Assembly: GCF_000143415.4 (NCBI RefSeq)
Contig: NW_003314297.1
Coordinates: 682,001-746,000, forward strand
Source: Selaginella moellendorffii
Taxonomy: Eukaryota > Plantae > Lycopodiophyta
DNA length: 64,000 nt
Direction of reading: 5' to 3'
Each line of letters opens with the position of its first letter. Position 1 is the stretch's first letter. Position numbers and translations under genes: made by a program. Shown here one piece after another: positions 22,487 through 36,100 of this stretch. The notes beneath the pieces were generated by a model. The model was given only the letters and a program-made list of their open reading frames with translations. It ran no database searches and was not told the origin of the DNA.

Positions 22487-23324
22487 TTAGACTTTGATCC
22501 GGATGATGAAGGAGCCTGATTCAAGAGAAGAGGTGAAAAGATTAGACAAGCAAGAGAAAGAGTGGAGTCCTCTACTTACAAGCAGGCAAGGCGGCGATCT
22601 CTGCCGAAACCGCGCATGGAACGCCGAGATTCGTGAGAGCTCCACGGATCAATCCGCAAGGGAAGTAGAGATACTTTCCTCCGGCTTGGGCTGCGGCGAG
22701 CGTGGTGTTGTTGGCTTCCGAGGGAGTGAGAGGCGAGTCCACGGAGATGCGAGTTAGCCATCTAAAGCGAGTGTCTTGCAGAACAAACACGCCCTGGGAG
22801 TTATCACACAAAAGAGGAAAACAAAACCAGCAATGGATGAGAGAGCGAGAAAAACTAAAGTTTGTTTTTGCGTACCCGGTGATTTGTTTTGAGATTGTCA
22901 ATCTGCTTCTTGAAAACCTCCGCCCAGAAATCCTTGCATATGAACTTGATGACTTCCAAGTGATCTGTGAATCGCGGACGATCTCTTGTGTATCTGGAAA
23001 GAGGAAAAAAGATAGAAGAAAAAACCACCTTCTTGAGATTTATACATTTGGAACTTACAAGATCAATCCAAAAGGAAAATTCACGCAAGCAAGCAGATCC
23101 ACTGGAACCAATCTAAGCAGATCAAGCCACATTCCTCGCAAGCATTTGAGCAGAAAATTTTACCTCTCCGCGAGCTGCTGTCCCACCTGGAAGCCGATCG
23201 CCTCGATCCGGCGAGCGGCCAGATCCGGCTTGGAAGAATGTAGCCTGTCGCAGTAAGTCGCCACCATCTCCATCGTGATTCCATCCAGGCAGCTCTCCGC
23301 GACCTCGCGCGATCCAGCCCTCAT
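22487..23324 (-). CDS. TRS33: TRAPP complex subunit TRS33/TRAPPC6; 4 exons
   Basis: [12 protein letters not shown]...[15 protein letters not shown] / [23 protein letters not shown]...[11 protein letters not shown] / GVFVLQD...[10 protein letters not shown] / CSFIIRIKV*. Confidence 0.92.
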
Positions 23325-23453
23325 TCTCAAGAACCCTAAATTTCAAAACGTCTTGAAATTTTTGCTTATGACCTAAAGAGCGGCTCCTTAGATCAATGCC
23401 GATATTGATCGTTACCTCTCATCTTGAAATTTTTCTTATGACCTAAGAGAGAG

Positions 23454-24436
23454 CTAGATTGTGGATGGCCCCTCCGATCCCGGCGAGCGCCCAGCGCTCC
23501 TCAAATCAATGCTGATATTGATCGTTACCTCTGCCGCATTGCTCGATTCTCCAGCACCGGAGTTCTTCCTCCAGTACCTCAGGTTCCATCGGTCCTTCGA
23601 TGCTGATTGGCGCCTCGGATTAGGGACTCTCACCACCGCGCTCGATCTGTCCATGGCTCGATTTGCTGGATTTGCCACTGGCTGGCGCGGGATGACGATG
23701 TCCTCGCCCTCGCCCGTGTGGAAGGAGCTGAGGGAGCTCCTGGCGGACTGGATTTCGGGGCTGGAGAAGCGCAGCATGGGGCTGGGATGGAGCGGATCGA
23801 GCGTGTCGCCTCCGTGGTTCGTGCCGTCGGGAGATTCTCGCAAGCTCATCCGGCACACCGGGCACGTCGCGTTTTGGCGCAGCCAGTGATCGATACACTC
23901 GACGTGGAAGCTGTGCGTGCACCAGGGAAGAACTCGCAGCGCATTGCCTGTATGAAATTCTTCCAGGCAGATGGGACACCTTTGATGTGAAGGTTTTTTG
24001 TTTGGTTTGATCGATCCAGAGAAGAATCACGAGCAGTATCATGGATGAGTGGAAGAATCGAGAAATTAATCTTACTTCTTGGGCGGTCCTGTTTGCTGTG
24101 CTTGCTGCAGAGATTGGTGGATGATGATCGGAAGCGATGCGATGACGCATGGTTCCAATCCATTCAATGTCCTGACCTACAAATTCGTGGATCTCTTGTT
24201 CATCATCTTAGAAAGAAGTAAGAACTGTAAGCTCTCAATCTTACTGATGTGTTCTCGCTATCAGTTTCATGGGACGGGGGGGAGGATCGCAAGCAGCAGA
24301 CGAGCTTGATGACGAAATAGAGGACAAGGACGGCGGCGCCAAAGAATCCGACCAGCGTGAAGGCGCCCCCAATTGAAGCTCCCAACCACATCGAGATGGC
24401 ACTGGGGAGCCAGGGCAGCACATACAAGCAGTGCAT
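23454..24436 (-). CDS. ATL-type RING-H2 E3 ubiquitin ligase (TM, GLD-like motif, RING-H2); start codon uncertain
   Basis: TM segment GGAFTLVGFFGAAVLVLYFVIKLV, GLEPCVIASLP, and CPICLEEF...LRVLPWCTHSFHVECIDHWLRQNATCPVCR read across the introns. Confidence 0.85.
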
Positions 24437-27400
24437 TGCTTCACGACAAGGCCTGAGCTTTGGAAGATCCCATTCACCATGTTGAAGTGGGAATATTCAT
24501 GAAATCTATGAGCTCTAAATAATTGCATTTTCTAAAAGAAAAATAATTTATTGCATTAATAGTTGAATTAGTTTTAATCAATAAACTAAGGTTTTAAGTT
24601 AATTGAATATACATATTTCTTCTGTATTCCATGTATTCACCAGTTTTTATTATTCTAAAAAGTGCTTGGATTTATGCTTTTGGTTTAAATCTATCTTTTA
24701 CAACATTTATTTTTGTAAGTTTTCTATTTCTTTTCTTTTGAATTTTTTATTTTCATTCGTCCTCCTTTGTAACAACCTCCTCCTATAACTTTGGAGTAGC
24801 AATTAATATAATTACTCAATGGTGATGGTGATGTTTATAGTGTGTGGTGTAAATCCTTCTACTTTTATTACCAATCCTTAATATGTACTATTAATCAAAT
24901 GGTATCATCATTTATTAGGGATGATATGTACCATTAATTTAATCATTTTACTGTGATTGCCATTTATCATTATTAAAATGATGTTTGGTGTTTGCAAGAG
25001 TTTTCCATATATATTTAAACGATGGCATTATAGTGCTACAATATTTTGAGCACAACTACTTATACAGATTGGAGCCTTCTCCCAATATTTTCAAATGTAT
25101 GCTTAGACATATTGACAATTGTGATGATGCCTTTCAATAATTACATCATGTTTGCTAGGGGCTTTATGTCAATTATGCAATTTAGTGTTTGTTTTTGAAG
25201 CTTTTAATTTTCATGTAGCTTGTATCAAATATGTCAAAGCGAATCAAGTTGAAAATATTGTAGCTAACATTTCATCAAAATCTTAATAGAACTTATACAC
25301 TTGTTTTAGCCATTATATTGATGCTCTTTAATTGGCATGATGTTAGGAGACATCACTTCTCCCACTTATAACTGTATATGCTTGAACTCCACTTCCCATG
25401 GAAGATGCTTTTGTTCTAATAGAAATTAACACTACTATTGATTGTGTTCAAAAATAAAAGCAAAGACATGTGTGTCTTTGATATATACTATTAAACATAT
25501 GATGAGGTTGGCTATATGTATTGGTGTTGTTTGCATTTCCCGAATTGACATTCTCTATTTTCTAGATGGCCTTAGCGTCAACAACATTATAATCATAATA
25601 TTGTGGTGAAAGGTTTGAACACGAAGATTCTTCAGGGAAATAAGGAGTTATATAAGTAGTAGAGGTTTTTTATATAAATAAATCAATGACCCCTCCATCC
25701 TTATTTTGGGAGTACCATCAACATTTGGCATTGATTCATCTAGTATTCACTTTCTAAGTTTTTTTTTCATAACAAAAGGTTTTGTATTATCCTTTTTATA
25801 TTGGTCAATATAGGTGTGACTTTATCTTCTAATACTCATTATGTTTTCTCACAGTCCCTAAGTCAGGAATAAGATTTATGGAGGTGGTGAGTGAGACTCT
25901 TCCAAGTGGTCAAAGGTCTATTGTTTAAAATTATATCATGCAGCTATAAGCGACTAAATTTTCTATTCTACTTTAATTACTTAACTACACTTCCGACCAC
26001 TTGGAGAAGTCTCACTTACAACCTCCATAAATTCTATTCTAGACTTGAGGACTTTCTAACCCCATAAATGGCATTTATGCCACTTAGCTTTTGCACTTTG
26101 TCCAAATGCTCTATATGTCCGATTTTATGACTAACATTCAAAAGTACCCCTAACATATCAACCCATTACGCTAAGGTTATGCCCATTCCCTTTTATCACA
26201 TTGATGATCCAACACCACTTGCATCACAATTGTAAGGGACTAAATTTTCTATTTTACTTTAGTCATTTAATCACATCTCCGACCACTTGGAAGAGTCTCA
26301 CTCATAACCTCCCTAAGTCCTATTTTGGATTTATGCTTGCTAGCCCCGAAAATGGCATCCCCACCACTCAACCTTTGCACTTGGTCCAAGTGCTTCACGT
26401 GTCTGATCCCATGACCGACGCCCCAAGGTACCATCGACATATTAGCCCGTTACACTAAGGCCATGCCCCTTCACCTTGGTCACACCGGTGGTCTAACACC
26501 ATCTGCATCATAGTCTTATCTCTTAAGGACTGGGCCATCCATCCATGAGTGATCATCCCAAATCCACTTCTTAGCATCCTTAGGATGCCCACAGACATGG
26601 GGATTAGCCTTCCCCAATACCCCTTTTCCAATCCCCACCAAGTCTCTTTCTGTCCATGGCCGTGTTCGCCAACACTGCCACTAGATCAAGGCCCACAAGC
26701 CCGACCACTAAGTCCTACGGTCCTCTGGGACTTCTTCCTCACACGACCATGTCCTTGGTCTCCACACTAGAGGATGGCCCCTTTTCCTTTTCACAGTCTG
26801 GGACTATAGGGCAACATTTTGGAACACCGTGGCCTTACGCAAGCCTTATGGGTATTCTCCCCGCCTTCCGCCTTTGGGTGCTCTAGCCATGGGCTTAGAG
26901 TGAGGTTCTGTTGAGCCATGCTAGGTATCCAAGTAGGTAGTGCCACCCACACTTGGATTGGGAACATCGACCATTCGATCTCTCAGGGGAACTAGAGTCG
27001 GCTCTTGAACACTTCACCAAGCTACCCTACTTATTGGTCCGTATTCACTCTAGTCTTGGACTTCCCAGTGGGCAGCTCATCACCTAACACTGGGTACAAC
27101 CTTACTGGGCAAAACTAGCCTTTCCTGGCCAAATTGGCTCCACTGCAGTCCTCCCCCTACTATACTTTTGGAGCTCACCAAACCCCCCAGGGTCTGAGAG
27201 ACAAATGCTTTGGGCTTTCACCCTCTCAGACTCAGACTCGGACTCGGACTCGGACTCGGACTCGGACTCGGACTCGGGCTCGGGCTCGGGCTTGGTCTTG
27301 GGCTCGAGCTCGGGCTCGGGCTTGGTTGTAAGACACAAATCCCTAAGCCCCAAAATGGAGCCGAAAGGGTGCCACGTGGTAGTGGCCGAAGCAAAAGCCA

Positions 27401-27635
27401 AACGAGTGTAACATGACCTTTCTTGTAAGACTTTCCTAGCAATGATTTCGTTTATAAAATAGCCCCCTAATGGGCTTGAGTGAGCTTCCTTTGGACTAAA
27501 AGGCTCTGACTTGAAAGGTTGAGAGCGGGAGTGGAACTCCCAATAGAGTGCTCAAGAAACGAGCATGAAGCGAGCAATAAGCGAGGCTCCAAAAAGGGAC
27601 CCAAAAGGACCAACACATGACATGTGGAAGTGTCC

Positions 27636-27864
27636 GAGATGGAGTCCGAGATGGACCCGAGTTGGAGTCCGAGGTGGAGTCCGAGATGGAGTCCGAGATG
27701 GACCGAGACGGAGTCCGAGATGGAGTCCGAGATGAACCGAGACGGAGTCCAAGATGGAGTCCGAGATGGACCTGAGATGGAATCCGAGATGGAGTCCGAG
27801 AAGGACCCGAGATGGAGTCCGAGGTCGAGACCAAGACCGGGACTGAGACCGGGACCGAGACCAG

Positions 27865-27899
<35 letters not shown>

Positions 27900-27985
27900 G
27901 GACCGAGGCCGAGGCCGAGACTGAGCCCGAGTTCGAGTTCGAGTCCAAGTCCGAGTCCGAGTCCGAGTTCGAGTTCGAGTCTGAG
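27636..27985. repeat. LTR-borne minisatellite (GAGTCC/GAGACC hexamers and GAGATGGAGTCC 12-mers); further copies near 27228-27321, 31138-31440, 36705-37078, 40425-40790, 41748-42265, 43245-43560
   Basis: Directly visible; it produces the low-complexity SD/ET/RP/LG ORFs in the ORF track. Confidence 0.95.
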
Positions 27986-30137
27986 AGGGTGAAAGCCCAA
28001 AGCGTTCGTCTTCCAGACCTTGGGGGGTTTGGTGAGCTCCAAAAGTAGGACTGCATTGGAGCCAATTTGGCCAGGAAAGGCCAATTTGGCCCAGGAAGGC
28101 CAGACCCAGTGTTGGGTGATGAACTGACCACTGGGAAGTCCAAGACTAGAGTGAATACGGATTGACAAGTGGGGTAGCTTAGTGAAGTGTTCAAGAGTCG
28201 ACTCTAGTTCCCCCAGGAGATCGACTAGCCGATGCTCCCAGTCCAAGTGTGGGTGGCACTACCTACTTGGATACCTGGTGTGGCTCAACGGAACCTCGCT
28301 CTAAGCCCATGGCTAGAGCACCTAAACGCGGAGGTGGGGAGAGTACCCACGGGGCTCGCGTAGGGCCACGGTGTTCCGAAATGTTATCCCGAAGTCCCAA
28401 ATGGGGGAAAGGAGGAGGAGCAGTCCTCTAGTGTAGTGACTACGGATACAGTCACATGGTGAGGAAGTCCTAGAGGACAATGGGATTGAGTGGCCGGGCC
28501 TGCGGGCCTTGATCTAGTGGGAATGTTGGTGAACATGGCCATGCGCGGGAAAGGGACTTGGCAGGAATTGATAAAGGGATGTTGGGGAAGGCTATTCCCC
28601 ATGTCTGTGGGCATCTTAAGGATGCTAAGGAGTGGATCTGGGATGACCACTCGTGGATAGACAACCCAGTTTTGGAGAGACGGGATTGTGATGCAAGTGG
28701 TATTGGACCACCAGTGCAGCAAAGGTGAATGGGCATGGCCTTAGCGTAACGGGCCAATATGTCAGTGGTACCTTTGGGTGTCGGTCTTGGGACTGGACAC
28801 GTGGAGCACTTGGACCAAGTGCAAGGGAGGAGTGGCATGGATGCCATTCTCGGGACTAGCAAGTCCCAAGTCCTGAATTGGACTTAAGGAGGCTGTGAAT
28901 GAGACTCCTCCAAGGGGTCAGAGGTGTGGTTAAGTGACGAAAGTAGAATGGAAAATTTAGTCGCTTACAATTTGGTATCAGAGCTGTTCCTTAGTCCGAC
29001 TTTTATTGGTGATGGAGTATATCACCACTAGTGTTGGCATCGGAAGGTCCTAGGAGTGGGCTTGTCCTTGAGGAGTAGCAAGTCGGGAAGACATGGCTCT
29101 CCACTACAGTTCACGTGTGAACTTATAGGCAAGGTGGTGGATAGAAAAGAGCTAATGATGGAACGACTTTGGGATCTTGGGAATAGTGCAAGGTTTTCCT
29201 CATTGAGTTGAGGATGTGATCCAGATGAGCATTTGACTCAGCAAACTGGCTAATGTAGTTGTGGTAAACAACTATAGTTGGGATCACAAGGAAAATAGAG
29301 ACTCCAAAACGATAAAGGAGTCACAAGATTACCCTCATGAAGTTGAAACTGGTGCTCATGAATTTGAGACCAGAAGTAATGACCGCAGGAGGTCAAATAC
29401 AAAAAAGGATACAAGTCCTTGAAATGGTAGCCGGAGCTACCTCTAATAAATGCTGGAACAACCCAAGGAGTTGGGGGTGTATTTAGAGGATGAGTTGGTA
29501 TTCTCATCACATAGACAAGTGGTCCTAAGGGGCAAAAGGTTGCCCCTAGAGAACAAATCAAGTGTTGGAGTAACATTTGCAAAAGATGGTCCTTGTGAGT
29601 AGAACATGAATACAAGGAGTTGTATTCCAATGAGTTAACACCTCAAAAGTAGGACCTCATAGGTCGTCGGATTAACAAAGTCCAAAAGGTTGAATGACTC
29701 CAATAGAGTCAAGGAATAATCCTAAGGGCTTGAGGAAAGCATTTGGACTGAGGTGTATGGTGCCCCACGAAGGATGGGGAGGATCTTGAGATCCAAGCAT
29801 GAGAGTAGTATGTATCTCATTGATGGCAGTAGATGCTATGCTAAAGTCGTGGGAAAGAGTTTCCCGGAAGAAAACAACTTTGACACAAAGTTGTGCATAA
29901 ACTCTATGGTGCAGTGCTAATGGATAATTGGCTTAAGAGACAACCATATTGGTCTTGGCAAAAAGACCTAAACACAAGTAAAAAGTGTCATAAAGGTAGG
30001 CTCGTGGAGCCGATGGTGTGGAGACACCAAAGGTGCCAAGGCGTGCTGCCTTGAGGTCAAGTTGGTGGGTTCATGAGAACCCCTTCCAAAGGAATCCCAA
30101 TGGAAACGGGAATAGCATAGCCTAAGGTGGAAGGCAT

Positions 30138-33100
30138 TATAAGCGACTAAATTTTCCATTCCACTTTCGTCACTTAACCACACCTCTAACCCCTTGGAAG
30201 AGTCTCATTCACAACCTCCTTAAGTCCAATTTAGGACTTGGGACTTGCTAGTCTCGAGAATGACATCCATGCCACTCCTCCTTTGCACTTGGTCCAAGTG
30301 CTTCATGTGTCCAATCCCAAGACCGACACCCAAAGGTACCACTGACATATTCGCCTGTTACACTAAGGCCATGCCCATTCACCTTTGCTGCACTGGTGGT
30401 TCAATACCACTTGCATCACAATCTCGTCTCTCCAAGACTGGGCTGTCCATCCACAAGTGGTCATCCTAGATCCACTCCTTAGCATCCTTAGGATGCCCAC
30501 AGACATGGGGAATAGCCTTCCCCAACATCCCTTTGTCAGTTCCTGCCAAGTCCCTTTCCCATCCATGGCCATGTTCACCAACACTGCCACTAGATCAAGG
30601 CCCGTAGGCCCGGCCACTAAGTCCCATTGTCCTCTGGGACTTCCTCACCATGTGACTATATCCGTAGTCATTATACTAGAAGACTACTCCTCCTCCTTTC
30701 CCCCATTTGGGATTTCGGGACAACATTTCGGAACACCATGGCCCTACGCGAGCCCCGTGGGTACTCTCCCCACCTTTCGCCTTTAGGTGCTCTAGCCATG
30801 GGCTTAGAGCGAGGTTCCGTTGAGCCACACTAGGTATCCAAGTAGGTAATGCCACCCACACTTGGACTAGGAGCATTGGCCAGTCGATCTCCCAGGGGAA
30901 CTAGAGCCGGCTTTTGAACACTTCACCAAGTTATCCTGCTTGTCAGTCTGTATTCACTCTAGTCTTGGACTTCCCAGTGGTTAGTTCATCACCCAACACA
31001 GGGTCTGGCCTTCCAGAGCCAAACTGGCCTTTCCTGGCTAAATTGGCTCCACTGCAGTCCTCCCCCTTACTATACTTTTGGAGCTCACCAAACCCCCTAG
31101 GGTCTGGGAGACGAACGCTTTGGGCTTTCACCCTCTCAGACTCGAACTCAGACTCGGACTCGGACTCGAGCTCGGTCTCGGTCTCGACCTTGGCCTCGGT
31201 CTCGGTCTCGGTCCCGATCTCGGTCTCGGTCCCGGTCTCGGTCTCGGTCCTGGTCTCGGTCTCGGTCCCAGTCTCGGTCTCGACTTTGGACTCCATCTCG
31301 GGTCCATCTCAGACTCCATCTCGAACTCCATCTCGGGTCCATTTCGGGTCCATCTTGGACTCCAGCTCGGACTCCATCTCGGGGTCCTTCTCGGACTCCA
31401 CTTCAGACTCCAACTGGGTCCATTTCAGGTCCATTTTAGACACTTCCATATGTCATGTGTTGGTCCTTTTGGGTCCCTTTTTGGAGCCTCACTTATTGTT
31501 CGCTTCGTGCTTATTCCTCGAGCACTTCGTTGGGAGTTGCACTCCCACTCTCGACCTTTTCAAGTCAGAGCTTTTAGTCCAAACGTGTTACGCTCGTTTG
31601 GCTTTCGCTTTGGCCACTACCACGTGGCACCCTTTTGGCTCCACTTTGGGGCCTGGATCTTGTGTCTCACAACTCCACCACCCATAGACGAAGTTCAATG
31701 TCCTCATCGAACGGTAAACCCTCTTATAAAGTAACACCCGCATGTATTACCAGTTCCATCCTTGGCACCTAGCCAATATTTGTCTGTGGTTTGTCACCAA
31801 AGGCACACCATGCTTTGTCCACCCTCTAAGGAGCATAGTCTCTCCAAGTTAGAGACTTATTCAACCACTTGTGGTGGTTTTTTCCGTTTATTGGTTTAGT
31901 CTTCGCTAAACCCGTTAGAGGCACCTTCTTTATCTCAATCCCACTACTACTTCTCGAGTAGTCTTAGTTTCCATCGATTGAACATTTGCACTTTGGAACT
32001 TTTATTTTTTGACTTCTTGAAGTCAATTTCCTAGGTATCTCCAACACCTTGCATTGCACATATTGTGCAACTCCACTTTCCCATCCTAGGAAGTTCTCTA
32101 CTTGAGGGCACCATCATCCTTTCTTTTATTTCATGCCACCTTGGGCACTAAGTTCCAGATATTATATTTTGTGTTAGGGCTATCCATAGCCCTATCATTT
32201 GGCTACTTTACTACTCTTTCCCTTGGAGCTTCCACTTTTGCCAAATCGGAGCAATTGGGAATCCATCCTTGGAAACACATTGCATTTCCCACAATTCGTT
32301 AGCACTCGATACCTTAGTGTTCTTAGCCTAACTTTGCCTTTCGGATTCTTTCCCATTATTCCCATAGCTCTTTTTTAGCCTCTAATCCTTTGCTCCTATC
32401 CTTGATTGTTGCACCCAGCAACATCGGATCGCTACCTTCATTCTTGAGGTATTCTTTTGGTTCCATAGCAAACACCTTGCTTGCCAAGTCCGAAGGGTGT
32501 TCACCTTTAGTACGTCTCTTTAACATTTTCTGCTATGGGCTCTATCTACAACCCAACTTTTGAGATCCTCCCTTGGACTTACTATGCCACAGCATTGATA
32601 TAGCTCATTTTCCTTAGATGTTCTTCCCACTTAGTCACCTCAACCAAGCCACACCATTATCAATAGTTCAAATCAACACTTTGAACTAGAAATCATATTC
32701 CTTAACCCAAACAAAGATCTTGTCCTTTTTTAGCCACAAGATCACCTAGTGATCTCATCTTGACCCTTTAATAGGTCTACCAATAAGAATTAGGTCTTCC
32801 AGACCCCTCTATGTTGTTGACTATGACCCCAGGGGCATCCCCCACACTTGGCGGTGTGCCCAAGCCAGCCCTTCCGGCCAAGGATCCATAGCAACTGAGA
32901 CTAGGTGTCCCCATTTCATTCACCACGTCCTTGGTGCCCTTTGCATCAAAGTGTTCAAGTTAGATATGCCGAGCTTTCACTCTAAGCAATCTAACCGTGC
33001 ATCACGACTCCAGGGCATCCCCCGCTTGGCAGTGTGCCCAAGCCAATCTCCTCATTGAGAGTCCATAACCACCGAAATACGAGTGTCCTCATATTCCAAA

Positions 33101-36100
33101 CCATCACCACGCCCTAGTGATTTGGGACTCGAACCCAAGCACTAGCGGGTCGGGACTCAAACCCAACCTCCATATATGCATCTACGGATGGCATCACCCA
33201 AGATGCCTGGCGTGACTCTCCACGCCGGTGCACCAACTTATACTTAAAACGCGTTATAGATCACAGCTTAGGAACCTAGTTCCTCCACACTGCCAAGTTC
33301 TCTCACTTGACACGTCTATGATCATGCATGGACTCCTCCATGCTTGGCCCAATGGCCCACCCCTTTTAAAGTTATCACCTTCAACTAGGGTATTTGTTCC
33401 CCTGACTTGCCAATCTCGCTTGGTAAGTCCTCTGACCACTGTAACATGGTTCTTGCATAAGCGTGAAAGTCCTTGACCATCGACTTTCGTTCAAAGCCCT
33501 CTCTTTGAACACTCGGGAACTACTTCCCTAACCTTGATAGCCTTGCCCCATGGCAAGCTCCAAGACCACGCTTCTGCTGTGCCACTCTGGTTTCGCGCGT
33601 TCCATGAACCATTTACACTTGGCCTTTCTAGGTACTAAGCTACCTAGAATCGTCTTTGGGAACCTTGAAGGAACTCTGTCCCTTAGCTTGCTAAGGCCTC
33701 CCTTTTTGCAAGCTTTCCAGTTGCCATATAATCTAATATAGACAATTCCATATTTTAGACTCTCCATGGCATCACGGTTTGCCAGCAACAACATGCTTAA
33801 GCACCCACTTGATTCTCCACTCCCAACTTGCATAACCACCCTTGGTCATGCCTATCAATTCCTATGGTTCGATTCTATCTTTATACTACTTGCCTTTTGG
33901 CCTCATACATTTCCTTCGGTTATTCTCCTCCAGACTAGGAAGATAGCTTTGCACTTTCTACCATGCCTTCGCAAGTATTCATAGGGATGAACCTACCCGA
34001 CAGCCTAAGGAGTGGTTCCTCAATCCGGGTTTGCTCACATTCTAATCCCACACACTGGGATCACCATTGTTACTTATGGGCCTTTATATGCCCATCACTA
34101 ATCTTGCCAAAATCCCTCTTTGGCTTTGTCCAATTTAGGTAGACGGACTTCTCCTGTCTCCACAACTTTGGACATTTGGATAACACCTTCTATCCTTCAT
34201 TTGCTAGGGACTTTATCCCTTTTGCATTATCCATTGCCCTCATAACACCAAATACCCCCTTCTGGTGTTTTAGAGTGTTTGGGTGTCCCAATGATGGCCT
34301 CTCTGACAATGAGTATTCACTTTTCAACATTGACTTACTATGTCGCAACATAAGCAATTTATCCTTTATAAGGGTATATCAAACTTCCTTATCCCAATAA
34401 AAAATCTTAGGTAATTGCCTTCTACCAGTTTATGAATTATTTTACACCTTTTGCTTAGTTGCCTTATAGTTGTCAAGTCCTACAACTCATTGCTGGTGCT
34501 TCCACACTTCCATCATTATCTGGGTCACCACACTCTAGCCGCATGCCTTCCAACTTAGGCTATGCTATTCCCATTTCCATTGGGATTCCTTTGGAAGGGG
34601 TTCTCATGAACCCACCAACTTGACCTCAAGGCAGCATGCCTTGGCACATTCGGTGTCTCCACACCATCGGCTCCACGAGCTTACCTTTATGACACTTCTT
34701 ACTTGTGTCCAGGTATTTTTGCCAAAACCAATATGGTTGTCTGTTATGCCAATTATCCATTAGCACTGCACCATAGAGTTCATGCACAACTTTGTGTCAA
34801 AGTTGTTTTCTTCCAGGAAACTCTTTCCCACAACTTTAGCATGGCACCTTCCGCCATCAATGAGATATATACTGCTCTCATGCTTGGATCTCAAGATCCT
34901 CCCCATCCTTCGTGGGGCACCATACACCTCAGTCCAAATGCTTTCCTCAAGCCCTTAAGATTATTCCTTGACTCTATTAAAGTCATTCAACCTTTTGGAC
35001 TTTGTTAATCCAACGACCTATAAGGTCTTACTTTTGAGGTGCTAGCTCACTGGAATACAACTCCTTGTATTCATGTCCTACTCACAAGGACCATCTTTTG
35101 CAAATGTTACTCTGACACTTGATTCATTCTCTTGGGGGAACCTTTTGCCCCTTAGGACCACTTGTCCATATGATGAGAATACCAACTCATCCTCTGAGTA
35201 CAACCCCAACTCCTTGGGTTGTTCCAGCATTTATTAGAGGTAGCTCCGGCTACCATTTCAAGGACTTGTATCCTTTTTTGTATTTGACCTCCTGCGGTCA
35301 TTACTTCTGGTCTCAAATTCATGAGCACCAGTTTCAACTTCATGAGGGTAATCTTGTGACTCCTTTATCGTTTTGGAGTCTCTATCTTCCTTGTGATCCC
35401 AACTATAGTTGTTTACCACAACTACATTAGCCAGTTTGTTAAGTCAAATGCTCATCTGGATCACATCCTCAACTCAATGAGGAAAACCTTGCACTGTTTC
35501 CAAGATCCCAAAGTCGTTCTATTCTTGGCCCTTTTCTATCCACCACCTCACCTATAAGTTCACACATGAACTATAATAGAGAGCCATGTCTTCTTGACCT
35601 GCTACTCCTCAAGGATAGGCCCACTCCTTAGACCTTCCGATGCAAACACCAATGGTGATATATTTGAGCACCAATAAAAGTCGGACTAAGGAATAGCTCC
35701 GATACCAAATTGTAAGCGACTAAATTTTCCATTCTACTTTCGTCACTTAACCACACCTCTGACCCCTTGGAAGAGTCTCATTCACAACCTCCTTAAGTCC
35801 AATTCAGGACTTGGGACTTGCTAGTCCCGAAAATGACATCCATGCCACTCCTCCCTTGCATTTGGTCCAAATGCTTCATGTGTCCAGTCCCAAGATTGAC
35901 ACCCAAAGGTACCACAGACATATTGGCCCGTTACGCTAAGGCCATGCCCATTCACCTTTGCTACACTGGTGGTCCAATACCACTTGCATCACAATCCTGT
36001 CTCTCCAAGACTGAGCTGTCCGTCCACGAGTGGTCATCCCAGATCCACTCCTTAGCATCCTTAAGATGCCCATAGACATGAGGAATAACCTTCCCCAACA

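Noticed and set aside
24900-25800. Possible decayed hAT transposase on the minus strand
   Set aside because: Only faint motif resemblance, no ORF or TIRs; needs a tBLASTn/HMM search to support.
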